From NCBI RefSeq assembly GCF_032191835.1, contig NC_083233.1, positions 9,858,001-9,922,000 of the forward strand: a stretch of 64,000 bases of DNA, written 5' to 3'. A model generated the notes under the pieces. That model worked only from the letters and a program-made list of their open reading frames with translations, searched no databases and had not been told where the DNA came from. Shown here piece after piece: positions 10,789-23,529 of the stretch (within the stretch, counting starts at the first letter, position 1; each line of letters opens with the position of its first letter). The position numbers and the translations under genes were made by a program. Origin of the DNA: Heteronotia binoei (lineage: Eukaryota).

Positions 10789-11913
10789 CAGGGGTGTCGA
10801 ACTCATTTGTTATGAGGGCTTAGGGTTGCCAAGTCCAATTCAAGAAATATCTGGGGACTTTGGAGGTGGAGCCAGGAGACTGGGGGTGGAGCCAGGAGAC
10901 ATTAGGGGTGGAGCCAAGCTCAAGGCTGTGACAAGCATAATTGAACTCCAAAGGGAGTTCTGGCCATCACATTTAAAGCGACGGCACACCTTTTCAATTC
11001 CTTCCTTCCATAGGAAATAATGAGGGATAGGGGCACCTTCTTTTGGGACTCATAGAATTGGACCCCCTGGTCCAATCTTTTTGAAACTTGGAGGGTATTT
11101 TGGGGAGAGGCACTAGATGCTATACTGAAAATTTGGTGCCTCTAACCCCAAAAACAGCCCCCCCCCAGAGCCCCAGATACCTGCGGATCAATTCTCCATG
11201 ATTTTCTATGGGAATAAATCTCCATATGGAATAACAGAGTTCCCAGCAGACATTTCCCTCCCCTCTCCCCGCTTTCTGACGACCCTGAAGCAGGGGGAGG
11301 GTCTCCAAACCGGGGGATCCCCTGCCCCCACCTGGGGATTGGCAACCCTATGAGGGCTGGATCTGACATAAATGAGACCTTCTTGGGCCAGGCCATGTGT
11401 TTACCTATTTAAGAATAGGTGGCAGAGAGATAAACTTTATAACGGACACAGACAAACACAATTAAAGATTTTTTTTTGAAAAACTTAAAATAAAACATGC
11501 CTAAAACATCAGCACTCATTGGTCTTAAAGGTGCTTTCTTTGTATTTCACCTATGGAATCCAGGGAACCGGGCAAAGGAAGCTCTGGCTTTTCCTCCCTT
11601 CCCCAGAGGACCAGGAGAGGGAGGAGAAGGAAGAGAGGATTGGCTCAGTAGCTCTGCTGTGTGATTGAGAGAGCCTGGCACTCTACCTCACTCCCCCTTC
11701 CTCCCCAAGGGAGGAGCCTCAGCCAATAGAGGAAATAGAGGTTTTGCTCTGTAGCTCCTGTGCGATTGAGCAAGGCTTGCAAAGCGAGTTGTTATGCAGA
11801 AGGAAGCAAGAGAGAGGGAGAAGAAAGCAGATGGCAGCCAGTTGCTCGGGGGCCTGATAGGAGCCCCCTGGGGGGACTGATTTGGCTCCCAGTCTGCATG
11901 TTTGACACCCCTG
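10789..11913. mobile_element. hAT MITE (CAGGGGTGTC TIRs), host of a nested insertion
   Basis: caggggtgtc...gacacccctg termini. Perfect 8-bp TSD TTCTAGTA (10781-10788, 11914-11921). Confidence 0.9.
10821..11350. mobile_element. hAT MITE (TAGGGTTGCCAA TIRs), nested
   Basis: tagggttgccaa...ttggcaacccta termini. Perfect 8-bp TSD TGAGGGCT (10813-10820, 11351-11358). Confidence 0.9.
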
Positions 11914-11921
11914 TTCTAGTA

Positions 11922-12070
11922 GTTCAGTATGCCCTGACCTTGATGGCACAGGCTAGTCTGATCTCTAACCAGGGTTGGCCCTGGTTAGAATTAGGGAGAC
12001 CACCAAGGAAGTTCAGGGGCACCACACAGAGCCAGTCAATGGCAAACCACCTCTGTTCATCAGCCCAGAC
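11922..12070 (+). mobile_element. 5S rRNA-derived SINE fragment
   Basis: ctgatctc...cagggttggccctggttag...gggagaccaccaaggaag resembles the 5S internal control region. It is followed by the body motif caatggcaaaccacctctg. Confidence 0.6.
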
Positions 12071-12508
12071 TAGCCTTCAAAGACAAAGTGGTGTTACCAT
12101 AGCACTCCCATCGATGGCAACCAGACCCACATCTATCCCTATGCCAAAGATCAGATCCAGTGTGTTGCCTGCTTGTGTGGGGTCTGATGCAATCTGGTAG
12201 AGCCCCAGTGCTGCCACGGAAGACACCAGGTCCTGTAAAAGCCTGTGAAGGAAGCAGCCACATCAGCATGGACATTGAAGGCCCCTAAAACGAGGATGGT
12301 ACTTGAAGAAAATTACTGCAGTTATAGTTGTAAAGGGAAAAGGGATTTGTCTGTTGCTGCTTTGGAGAACTGGCTGGCAGGGGATGGGAGGGGACAAAAG
12401 AGCTGCAGTGGGGAAGGCAGCAGAACAATCCTAGTGTGCCTGTGGAAATGCTTTCTTTTTGCCCAGGCAGCCTTTCAATCCAAGCACCTGAGAATCTTGG
12501 CCAGTTAA

Positions 12509-12790
12509 GAAGATGAAGAAGATATTGGATTTATATCCCGCCCTCCACTCCGAAGAGTCTCAGAGCGGCTCACAATCTCCTTTACCTTCCTCCCCCACAA
12601 CAGACACCCTGTGAGGTGGGTGGGGCTGGAGAGGGCTCTCCCAGCAGCTGCCCTTTCAAGGACAACCTCTGCCAGAGCTATGGCTGACCCAAGGCCATTC
12701 CAGCAGGTGCAAGTGGAGGAGTGGGGAATCAAACCCGGTTCTCCCACATAAGAGTCCGCACACTTAACCACTACACCAAACTGGCTCTCT
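12509..12790 (-). mobile_element. tRNA-derived SINE family A, single 3' module
   Basis: Near-identical to the 6694-6982 copy. Confidence 0.9.
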
Positions 12791-13649
12791 GGCACTATAT
12801 GCCTTCCACTGAAAAACCAACAAAACGCTTTTCTTCTATATTGTGGCCTACGCTTTGGGCAGACGTAGCGTAGGTGCCGCATACCTGCTAAACTGTTGTG
12901 TGTGAAGCAGTCCTGAAAACTGAGAACAGCTGCTGTTCATTAAAACTCTATATGTTTCTTGCTTTGTCCAGCTAGCACCTTCACACACACACCCCAGCCA
13001 GTGGGCAATATGGGACTGACCTTGCAGAGTTTCTGGGCTCTCTTATCCACTTTTTACAAAATTGCCATTTTAAGTAGGCTTAGGGTACTTGTAGCACAGT
13101 TTTTTCGAACGTGGTACAAACCAAACAGGTTTAAAATTGAGCTGGATGTATATTTGCTAGCTGCATCATGATGACCGCTGCTTTGTTAGACCTTTGCCAT
13201 TTTGGATTGTGTTATTTGAAAGTCTGGTAAGTGTCCTGTCTGCCTCGCCTTTATCCCAAAGTCTGCTGCTGGGATTACTCACTTCCTTTCATGCTCAGGC
13301 TATACGATGCTCCTCCACAAATCTCACACTGGAGTCCCGTCCAGTGTTTCATCTAAGCTGAATTATGTGAGCTAGCTCACAGTTTTTTAGCCTCTGGCTC
13401 ACACATATTTGGCTTAGCTCAAGAAGGATGGCCCCAGTGCAAACTTAATTTGTGCAGTAGCCAAATCGCCAGTAGCTCACAAAGTAGAATTTTTGCACAC
13501 AAGACTCCATAGCTTAGAGGGAGTCTTGGTCCTGTCCCCTTCCACATTGAGCAGAACTGACTGGTCCTTGCTATTTTTGCTATTTTTAAACAGCCTATTT
13601 CTTGCCCAGCCTTGTCTCCCTGCCCCCGCATCCTGGCCTGTGCTCCTTA

Positions 13650-14330
13650 CATAAGAACATAAGAAGAACATAAGAGAAGCCATGTTGGATCAGGCCAATG
13701 GCCCATCCAGTCCAACACTCTGTGTCACACAGTGGCAAAAATTTTTATATATACACACACACTGTGGCTAATAGCCACTGATGGACCTCTGCTCCATATT
13801 TTTATCTAAACCCCTCTTGAAGGTGGCTATGCTTGTGGCCGCCACCACCTCCTGTGGCAGTGAATTCCACATGTTAATCACCCTTTGGGTGAAGAAGTAC
13901 TTCCTTTTATCCGTTTTAACCTGTCTGCTCAGCAATTTCATCGAATGCCCACGAGTTCTTGTATTGTGAGAAAGGGAGAAAAGTACTTCTTTCTCTACTT
14001 TCTCCATCCCATGCATTATCTTGTAAACCTCTATCATGTCACCCCGCGGTCGACGTTTCTCCAAGCTAAAGAGCCCCCAGCGTTTCAACCTTTCTTCATA
14101 GGGAAAGTGTTCCAGCCCTTTAATCATTCTAGTTGCTCTTTTCTGCACTTTCTCCAATGCTATAATATCGATGGTGCAAATGAGACCGCACCATTGATTT
14201 ATACAGGGGCATTATGATACTGGCTGATTTGTTTCCAATTCCCTTCCTAATAATTCCCAGCATGGCGTTGGCCTTTTTTATTGCAAACGCACACTGTCTT
14301 GACATTTTCAGTGAGTTATCTACCACAACC
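13650..14330 (-). mobile_element. 5'-truncated CR1 LINE (RT C-terminus, 3' UTR, TTCTTATG tail)
   Basis: ORFs with EKVQKRATRMIKGLEH...LFSLEKRR..GDMIEVYK. (CATAAGAA)n tail at ~13650-13680. Confidence 0.9.
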
Positions 14331-14864
14331 CCAAGCTCCTTGCTTTACTGTCACACTCAGATGCCCAATGGACCCTAATCCTCCCTCAGCTAAATTTAGG
14401 TTCAAACTGCACACTGTGATGGTGTCTGGATGGTGCAGTATGAGCACAAAAGGCAACTGGAAGGGAAATTGGATCAGGGCCACATTACTTGGAGGGGCTG
14501 CTCCCCAACTGTTCCCCTCAGCAGTGTTACCCTTCTGCTAGACATTCTAGGGGAAGAGATGGGCACCTCTCTCTGCCTGTCAGATTCCCTTACTTGTTCT
14601 AATGGCTGTCTGGGATGGCTAGTTTCAGTAGAGGTGAGTACTGTGACAGTGGTCCAACTTGTCTGCCTCTCATGCAGCTGCTTCTTAAAACCGGACTAGT
14701 TGTTGAAGACCTGCTTATGGGTTTTCAGTGTGATGTGTATTTTGGCCTGTCAGTTGCAGGCTTTTTGTGGGGAAGGGACTTGTCTGGCTTATGTTACTCC
14801 CTAAAGCTGTGTGTGCATTAACGACACTATTAAAAATGAAAGATTTCTAGAAAGTTTGAAGCCA

Positions 14865-15025
14865 TGGGCTCTCCTTCCTTGGCAGTTTTTCAACAGAGGC
14901 TAGATGGCCATATGACAGCAATGAAGATCCTGTGAATTTAGGGGGAGGTATTTGTGAGTTTCCTGCATTGTGCAGGGAGTTGGACTAGATGAACCTGAGG
15001 TCCCTTCCAACTCTATGATTCTATG
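14865..15025 (+). mobile_element. CR1 3' end, second subfamily (ATTCTATG tail)
   Basis: ggactagatg...ggtcccttccaactctatgattctatga terminus. Confidence 0.8.
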
Positions 15026-15184
15026 AAAAAACAACCGGGGATGGGGGACCAGAAACTTTTGAAATTAAAACATGCAATATGTGTTTATCGAATAACCCTA
15101 TTGTATTGTTTATTCGATGTCTCATGGTCTTGGATTGCATTATTCTGGACCATGTAATCTGCTTTAAGTCTCAGGGAGAAAGGC

Positions 15185-15897
15185 ATAAGAACATAAGAAC
15201 ATAAGAGAAGCCATGTTGGATCAGGCCAACGGCCCATCAAGTCCAACCCTCTGTGTCACACAGTGGCAAAAAATGTTATATACACACATACACTGTGGCT
15301 AATAGCCACTGATGGACCTGTGCTCCATATTTTTATCTAAACCCCTCTTGAAGGTGGCTATACTTGTGGCCGCCACCACCTCCTGTGGCAGTGAATTCCA
15401 CATGTTAATCACCCTTTGGGTGAAGAAGTACTTCTTTTTATCCGTTTTAACCTGTCTGCTCAGCAATTTCATCGAATGCCCACGAGTTCTTGTATTGTGA
15501 GAAAGGGAGAAAAGTACTTCTTTCTCTACTTTCTCCATTCCATGCATTATCTTGTAAACCTCTATCATGTCACCCCGCAGTCGACGTTTCTCCAAGCTAA
15601 AGAGTCCCAAGCGTTTCAACCTTTCTTCATAGGGAAAGTGCTCCAGCCCTTTAATCATTCTAGTTGCCCTTCTCTGCACCTTCTCTAATGCTATAATATC
15701 CTTTTTGAGGTGCGGTGACCAGAACTGCACACAGTACTCCAAATGAGACCGCACCATCGATTTATACAGGGGCATTATGATACTGGCTGATTTGTTTTCA
15801 ATTCCCTTCCTAATAATTCCCAGCATGGCGTTGGCCTTTTTTATTGCAAACGCACACTGTCTTGACACTTTCAGTGAGTTATCTATCATGACCCCAA
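15185..15897 (-). mobile_element. 5'-truncated CR1 LINE, same subfamily as 13650-14330
   Basis: ORF 15299-15889 ([35 protein letters not shown]). (CATAAGAA)n tail. Confidence 0.92.
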
Positions 15898-16142
15898 GAT
15901 CAGACTATGAATACATTTCAGATTTGAGTGGACCAACAAACTCTTTGCCTACTGGGCTTTAGTTTTCTAGAATACATCATTTCTTCTTGTAGGATGTATA
16001 TCTCACCTCTCTCGATACATGCGCTCAGCATTCTTGTCACAAGCAGGAGACCAGGGAGGGCCCAGAGCATTCCCCCACCCCCGTGTCTCCCTTCTTAACA
16101 AATACCTTCTATCTGTGACTGAAGAGACATGAGATTTGAAGT

Positions 16143-16570
16143 ATCATCATCATCATCATCACATTTTATTTGTATCCCGCCCTCCCCGCTGAAGCAGGCT
16201 CAGGGCGGCTAACAACAAGAATTCAATACATACATTGTATAATATAACATTTTAACTACAATTAATTAAAATCCATTAAAATCCTAAAAACAATAAAATT
16301 AATATTTTTGTGCTATTACCCAGATGGCAAGTTTTACTTAGCAGTTCTACTCGGTGAAGGCCATTCGGAACAGGATGGTCTTGCAGGCCCTGCGGAACTG
16401 TTCGAAGTCCCGCAGGGCCCGCATTTCTTCTGGAAGCTGATTCCACAGCTGTGGAGCCATGACAGAGAAAGCCCGAGTGCGGGTACTCTGGAGTTTTGCC
16501 TCTTTTGGCCCGGGGATAGTCAGCAGGTTCTTCCCTGCTGACCTCAGTGCTCTCTGGGGTTCGTGCGGGA
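16143..16570 (-). mobile_element. L2-clade LINE 3' fragment
   Basis: tttatttgtatcccgccctccc...ctcagggcggct tail with a (CAT)n/A-rich end, plus upstream L2-like 3' sequence. Confidence 0.6.
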
Positions 16571-16659
16571 TAACTTACATCCCCATGTTTAGATGATATA
16601 CATTCAGGCATCATCTCTTTTTTTGCCACCAAGTTGCAGCCAACTTGTAGAGAGCGAGC

Positions 16660-16826
16660 TCTGGAGGGTTTTCAAGGCAAGAGATGTTCAGAGATGGTTT
16701 GCTATTGCCTGCGTCTGTGTCATGACCCTGGGCTTCCTTGGCGGTCTCCCATCCAAGGACTAAGCAGGCCTGACCTTGTTTAGCCCTGAGATCTAATGAG
16801 ATCAGGCTAGTCTGGACTATCCAGGT
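16660..16826 (-). mobile_element. 5S rRNA-derived SINE
   Basis: Minus strand cctgatctc...gctaaacaaggtcaggcctgcttagtccttggatgggagaccgcc aligns with the 5S rRNA internal segment. Confidence 0.7.
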
Positions 16827-17115
16827 TTGGATCCGGAATCTTCAAAGCTATAAATAGGTATGAAGTCAGTAATCAGGATTTTTCCCACAGCATTTTATTT
16901 ATTAATGTTAGGATTTTGCTTTGGCAATTACAGTCCATCATGTAATTTTTCTGGATGTGATCCTAAAGTCATTCTTTATTATTATCTTCTCTTCATAGTG
17001 TTAAAGATCCGTGGACCGGCACTTTTCCATTAACCCCCCTGAGACGAATTCATTTCACAATGAATATTTTCAGCTTAGCTGGGCAGACTGCTCGAAGAGG
17101 TGCGTAGTGGAGCAG

Positions 17116-17320
17116 ATGGAGGCCAGCAGAGACTGCAGCCGCTCCATTCCAGATTATTCAGAGGATACATTTGCGTCTTTCAGTGAAGAAGAGGGGGGAA
17201 GCTACAGGCAGTACGAGAATGAATCATTTGAATCTTATTACTCTGGAGAGGAGCCGGAAGGGTCCACTGGGTCGGATCAGTCTGAAGACACATGGCAGCC
17301 TTCGAGCCAGAACAATGAAG
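17116..17320 (+). CDS. C8orf48: C8orf48 homologue, first coding exon (MEASRDCSRS...SQNNE, acidic N-terminus)
   Basis: Acceptor TTTTCAG at 17073, ATG at 17116, donor AAG|GTGTGT after 17320. Phase 1 joins in frame to the next exon. The start codon is inferred. Confidence 0.7.
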
Positions 17321-17422
17321 GTGTGTTCATCTCCTTGTACGTTTTTGACTGTGTATTCCTTACAGTGTAGACAGGGGGGCCTGGATTGCCAAATATTCAA
17401 AGGGCAAGATGAGAAAGAGATG

Positions 17423-17904
17423 ATGATATTGGATTTATATCCCGCCCTCCACTCCAAAGAGTCTCAGAGCAGCTCACAATCTCCTTTACCTTCCCCCCGC
17501 CCACAACAGACACCCTGTGAGGTAGATAAAGATATTGGATTTATATCCCGCCCTCCACTCCGAAGACTCTCAGAGCAGCTCACAATCTCCTTTACCTTCC
17601 CCCCGCCCACAACAGACACCCTGTGAGGTAGATGATGATATTAGATTTATATCCCGCCCTCCACTCCAAAGAGTCTCAGAGTGGCTCACAATCTCCTTTC
17701 CCTTCCTCCCCCACAACAGACACCCCGTGAGGTGGGTGGGGCTGAGAGGGCTCTCACAGCAGCTGCCCTTTCAAGGACAACCTCTGCCAGAGCTATGGCT
17801 GACCCAAGGCCATTCCAGCAGGTGCAAGTGGAGGAGTGGGGAATCAAACCCGGTTCTCCCAGATAAGATTCCGCACACTTAACCACTACACCAAACTGGC
17901 TCTC
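17423..17904 (-). mobile_element. tRNA-derived SINE family A with three 3' modules
   Basis: Three gatttatatcccgccc modules (~17450, 17540, 17645), then the body and the Pol III head. Confidence 0.9.
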
Positions 17905-17967
17905 AGGCACCAAACTGGCTCTCACCTGTTTCCTTGTTACAGCAAAAAGGTTCTCAGAAATGATGGT

Positions 17968-18240
17968 ATGTGTGTGTAAATGCCATCAAGCTACTTCTGA
18001 CTGATGGCAACTGTACAAATTAATGCCCTCCCAGATACCCTCTTGTTAACAGCCTTGCTCCGGTCTTGCCAACTGAGGGCCCTTGTGGCTTCCTTGGTTG
18101 AGTCCATCCATCTCATGTTGGGCCTTCCTCCTTTTCTAGCATTAGCATCTTTCCCAGTTACTCTTGTCTTCTCACAATGTGACCAATGCACAACAGCCTC
18201 AGTTTAGTCATTTAGGTTCTAGGAAGAGTTCAGGCTTGAA
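17968..18240 (-). mobile_element. RTE-clade LINE 3' fragment
   Basis: Translates ...GGRPNMRWMDSTKEAT..WQDRSKAV, typical of an RTE C-terminus. CA-rich tail. Confidence 0.65.
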
Positions 18241-18529
18241 CTGAAATTTCACCAAACCAGAAACTAACCAAATACTCCTATCAAAACGATACAAGCCGGG
18301 CCGTCCCTGCTTCTAGGCAAACTAGGCAATTACCTAGGGCGCTGGACTTCTGGGGGCACCAAATTGAGCACCCACCACATGACCTGGTGACGTTATCAGT
18401 GCAGGGGGGGCCCAGACATTAGCTTTGCCTTGGGTGCCAGACAGTCTTGGGCTGGCCTTGGATACAGGAAGTGTAATGTGCCAGGCAGGAAACTTAGAAA
18501 TATGGCACATGGAGGTTGCTAATAATAAT

Positions 18530-18850
18530 AAATGTTTATTTATATCCTGCCCTCCCCGCCAAGGCAGGCTCAGGGCGGCTTACAAAGGCATGATATAGAC
18601 ATATCATGTTATGACAATAAACAAGATAGTACAGTTAATAAACAAGATAATACGATTAAGTACAATATATAAATTAAACATTAAAATAATTAATATAAAA
18701 ACAGTATAGCTTAATGGCACTACAGTCTCAGTTTGTACAAAAGGGCTTGATATTGTTTCTAGGTTTCATCTTAAAAGGCTAGTTGGAAGAGGGCGGTTTT
18801 GCAAGCCCTACGGAACTGATTCAGATCCCGTAGGGCCCGCACCTCCTCCG
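18530..18850 (-). mobile_element. L2-clade LINE 3' fragment
   Basis: tttatttatatcctgccctccccgccaaggcaggctcagggcggcttac tail, same family as 16143-16570. Confidence 0.6.
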
Positions 18851-19549
18851 GTTGCTGACATGTGGGCAGTCCTAGCTGGCCTTGCATTGGCATGACAAGA
18901 CATTCCCACTGGCTTCAAATCTTGGGGCTGAACTTTGAATGAGTGCAGGTAGCTTTCTACCTCCTATGCTAGAGAGATAGCCATGCAGTGGTGAAGCTCT
19001 CTACCTTAGTTACTTAGAGAGTTTTGATCAGTCGGATCCTTCATCTGTATCACCTGTTGTGCTTGTAGTATCCTTTTGCACCACTGTGGTAACTTCTGGA
19101 GCAAGAGAAAGGTGAAGGCTTCACATGTTTCTCCCATAAATCTATCCTCCGTGCATATTGTACAGCCAGACTATTCAGCCTAGGCTAATTCTTGCAATGT
19201 ATCCATTTAGGGTTGTGAATACCTGGGTTCACAAATACCTGGAGATTTGAGGGTGGTGTCTGGGAGGGAGGGGAGATACCTCGGGAGGATATACTGCTGT
19301 ACAGTGCAGCTTCCAAAGCTGCCATTTTTTCCAGGGAAATTGGAATAAATGTTTAAATTTTTTTTATAAATAAGCGATCTATGTGGTCTGGAGATCAGTT
19401 GTAATTCTGGGAGATCTCCAGCCCCCACTTGGAGGAAGGCAGCCCCACATCCATTTGTTATAGTGACTGGAGGGAGAGAACAAAACTAGCTATTCTGATT
19501 AAGCACAGGCGTGAAAACTAGCTTAAATCTTGCTTTTATTTTTAAATAG

Positions 19550-19675
19550 AACAAGAGCCAGATTTTTTGGATCCTAACGTGTCAGAAAAGGGTCCGATTC
19601 GAAAGTGGATCAACCATCTGAAAGATGTCAGACCTAGCACTCAGCTTGCTGGATGTACCAGTAAACCAGGAAATG
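19550..19675 (+). CDS. C8orf48: C8orf48 homologue, coding exon 2 (EQEPDFLDPNVSEKGPIRKWINHLKD...)
   Basis: Polypyrimidine TAG acceptor and ATG|GTATGT donor. 126 bp, phase 1-1, open frame. KWINHLKD matches recalled human KKWINYLK. Confidence 0.85.
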
Positions 19676-21046
19676 GTATGTTAATTTTCAGGTGTGACTT
19701 GTAAGCCAATAAAGCACATTTTTTGCCCAGTTGGTTAGTTTAAACGTTGAAAAGTTTGCACCCATTTTGCATAGGAATATTAGAAGATCCTTGGTGGATC
19801 AGACCAGTGGTCCATCTAGCAGCTCAGTGGCCAGCTGGAATTCCACAATTTAATTGTTCATTGAGTAAAGTATTTCCTTTTTTCTGTCGTGAATCAGTAT
19901 TGCCCATGAAGTTCACTGGGTGTCCCTGCGAGAGGGAGAAAAAAAATTCTCTCTGTACCCCTTCTCTACCAGGTACATAATTTTGTAAACCTCTCTCATG
20001 TCCCTCCTTAGCTGTCTTTTTTTCTAAACCAAAAAAGCTGCAGACTCTTCAGTCTTTCCTTGTAGGAAATGTACTCAGACCCCTTAATCACCTGTTTCCA
20101 GCTGCAACCAAAACTGTATGCAGTGCTCCATACATTTACAATTAGGATTTTTGTTCCAGTGAGTGCATCACCTTTTCTGGCATGTTGTTGTCTGCCTTGT
20201 GTAACATGATGTGACCTCCTTGTTCTGCCTTCTGTCGTGATAGCATCCCAGGCACAGCAATGCAAGCCACATAGCATTTCTACCTGCCTGTAGGTCTGGT
20301 TATGGCATTCACCTCTGCAGTTCCTTCAACCACCTTCCCCTGAGCTTTGCCTAGCACCTTTCTTACTTTCTTTTAGGCACCAGGCTTTTTTTAAGGCACA
20401 TTTCTCTCTGCCCAGGCTTTTAATAAAGAAATTTCTTTTTTACTTGGTTTTGTCTGCTCCTAGCTTGAGACATGTTTTACTGATATAATTTTAGATTCCT
20501 CTGTTTGTTTTGTATGTTTTTACTCCCTGGCTTGATTCTTTACTTGTTTTGATTGATCTGTTTTTATTTATGTATTCTTTGGGTTCACTTGTTCTATTGC
20601 TTTATAGCACAGTTTGTGTGACTTTATTTATTTACCTCATTTATGCACTGCCTTTCTCCCCGATGGGGAACAAAGTAGCCTATGTTGTTTCCCTCCTCTC
20701 CTTTTCATCCTCACAGCGTTGCTGAGAGGGCGTGACTGAACTGTGATACCTTTTGGGGGGTTTTATTGTATATTTTAGGGGTGGGTGGGTGGGTGCACCT
20801 AGAAGTCTTGTCAGCCTCTGGTGACTGACACCTACTGGGGGCCTGGAGGATATTCAGGGAGGATGCTGAACAGAGCCTGCCACTGTCCTCCCAACTGGGT
20901 ATTTCAAGGAAGTCTCTCATCCAAGTACTAATCACAGTCAACCCTGGTTAACTTCCGAGATCTGGCAAGATCAGGCTTGCCTGGTCTCGATTGGTTTTGG
21001 TTTTGTCATCTTAGTTGTGAGCTGCCTTGAACAGGGCTGGAGAGGG

Positions 21047-21353
21047 AGCAGACAAGCCTGTTTAGTGTAGTGGTTAAGGGTGCAGACTCTAATCTGGGAG
21101 AACCAGGTTTGATTTCCCACTCTTCCACATGCAGCTATTAGTGTGACCTTGAGTTAGTCACAAGTTCTCTCAGAGCTGTTCTCGAAAGAGGAGTTCTCAA
21201 GAGAGCTCTCTCAGCCCCATCTACCTCGCTTACCCCTGCGGTCAGCCCCACCTCCCTCACGGGGTGTCTGTTGTGGGGAGAGGAAGGGAAAAGAGATTGT
21301 AAGCCGCTCTGAGTGAAGAGTGGGGTATAAATCCAATCTCTTCTTCTTCTTCT
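21047..21353 (+). mobile_element. Older tRNA-SINE related to family A
   Basis: gtttagtgtagtggttaag...ggtttgatttcc head and ggggtataaatccaat(ctt)n tail. Confidence 0.75.
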
Positions 21354-23529
21354 CCTAAATATGTAAATATTGCTAAGGTCAGAGACTTGCGTTACATGGA
21401 AACACAATCGACTGTGCCTGCAGCTTCTTCCAAGCCAGGCTGCCATAGATGTCTTCATCTGGGTCCCTGAGCACCTAGAAAAAGCTCTGTATTGTTATAT
21501 TTGGTTCAGCCAATATAGCCTTAATCACGCTGCTGGTATCTTGAGATTTCATCCTTGAAGGCAAAACAATAACGATGTGTGAAATAACAAAGTCGCTTTA
21601 ATGTTCTTGAAGCCCCAAAATGTATCTCTTGGATTTAATAAATGCCCGAATCCGCAGCTGTGGGAGCCTCTCAGGGTTTGTTTTAAACACTGAGAAGTGA
21701 TTGGGATCACAGCTTAATCGTTTCTGTGCATAATTGAAGATTAGCTGCAGGATAATTAAGGCCCGCTCACTAGGCTTAAGGAAATGTGTCCTTTTGGAGC
21801 CTTACTTTTCAGGTAATGCAGGACATAAATCCCATCTTGCTTGATGATATTGCAAAAGAAGATGCAATTAAACAACTGCGTGTGAAGTGTCCCAGATGAC
21901 AGCGTGCTTGAAATCTCTGTTTCCAGTCCCTGAAACAAAACCCCGGCGATGCTGTTAGACTAACGTGGAATGGTCCGATCACTCAGATGAGCAACGGGCT
22001 GGGTATTAATTACAGGAAATAATCCAAAAGTAACCGTAGCCTAATACTTCTGCTAGGACAAAATGCCAGCTTTGCCAAGTAGTAAATGAGCATTCAGATC
22101 CACCAGAACTCTACTGAAATTAATTGGAGCACGCAGTTCCCCATAAGGCCAAGAATCTTGCATTCCAGTTGGCATTCGAGAGAGATCCAAATAACCACTG
22201 GCTGATTTCAAAATGGAGAGCAAGTGTTGCCTGTTTGTCCCAGCTCACAGAAAGGGGCCTGGAATCTTTTCTGTATCTAGCATGGTCTAACCATTCCATT
22301 CAGTGGAATCCTCCTGTTCGATTCAAGTCCAGCAGCACCTTAGAGACAAGACTTTTGGGGGGTATGAGCTTTTGAGAGTCAAAGCTCCCCTTGTGAAACG
22401 CAAGACAGGATGGAAATTGCTGCCCTGAAGGTGGGAGGGGTGTTGCAGAGAAAGGACACAGGATAATCAGATTGACTGGAGCAGAGGGCTTGGGGGGTGG
22501 GATTTAGCATCTGTAGCATCCTGCAAGGCTCTTACAGCTTTGCACATTTTTTTTTTTTATCGTGCCTGCAAACATCTTTTTCTCTTCTCTCCTCGTCACC
22601 TTTGTTCTTGCTTAATGTCCAGCCTGAAAAAAAAAGAGCCAGTGCATTTGAAAGTTTCTTAAGTTTTAATCCTAAAATGCTAAAAAGATACCTTGCCAAC
22701 AGTTGCTTCAGGGTTCACACACACACACACACACACAACCCTGATCTGTGGCTGCCCTCGTCTTCTATCAGTAATTAAAAGGCATGTAGATTGCAATCCA
22801 TGCAGCTTCACAAACCTCTTTCTTCTCAGTTGTCTTGCACTGGAGTAGTACTCTGATCATCTCTCTGCTTTGCAACCTGACTGTAATCTCTTTGTTCCAA
22901 ACACATTTCCAGCCTGATGAACTTACAGCCTGCATTTTTGTTCTTTAACCGATGTACCATAGCACCCAGATCTATATTTAGTCAGTTGCAGCGGGGGAGC
23001 GGTGCTCTATCTTGTTAGTGAGAAAAATCCTTCGGAAAATTCTTGCCCACAAACCATAGCAGTCTCTTTGCATACTCTAATTCGATGTTCCGCTTCTTTC
23101 TTGTTTAGAGTTAAAATCCAGTAGAGCATAGGGGAAATAAAATGAAGTAAAATTGCTTCCTTTCATTCAGAATCACACTGGATTTGATGAAATGTGAACA
23201 TATTTAGAGAGGAAAATACCATTTAAGAACATTCTTACCTACTTCTAAAATGGGCACAACTTTGTATCCACTTCCCTGCAGCACCAAAATCTATACAGGT
23301 TGTTCCAGTACAGACTGCAAAGCAAGTTTTGAGATACAGACGTCCTGAACTGATGTGCAGTTACGTTCCACTTTAGAAAGAGCCAGCAGATGCTTGAGTT
23401 TGTCCTGCCTGCATGCCTTTTTGTTTAGGGCTCTGGCCAGCAGCTGCAGGTTTGCAGAAATCCCAAGGAAACGATATGCAAGATGCAGGTTTGCTTAGAT
23501 TTTTTTTTTAAATAAGCAATGATCACACT

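Noticed and set aside
16740-16826. 5S rRNA-like sequence (also ~11950-12010 and ~20900-20985)
   Set aside because: Partial, diverged and attached to SINE body sequence. These are 5S-derived SINEs, not rRNA genes.
17011-17115. GTG-started upstream extension of the C8orf48 first coding exon in the ORF track
   Set aside because: It runs through the polypyrimidine tract and acceptor at 17073, so it is mostly intronic. The ATG at 17116 is the simpler start.
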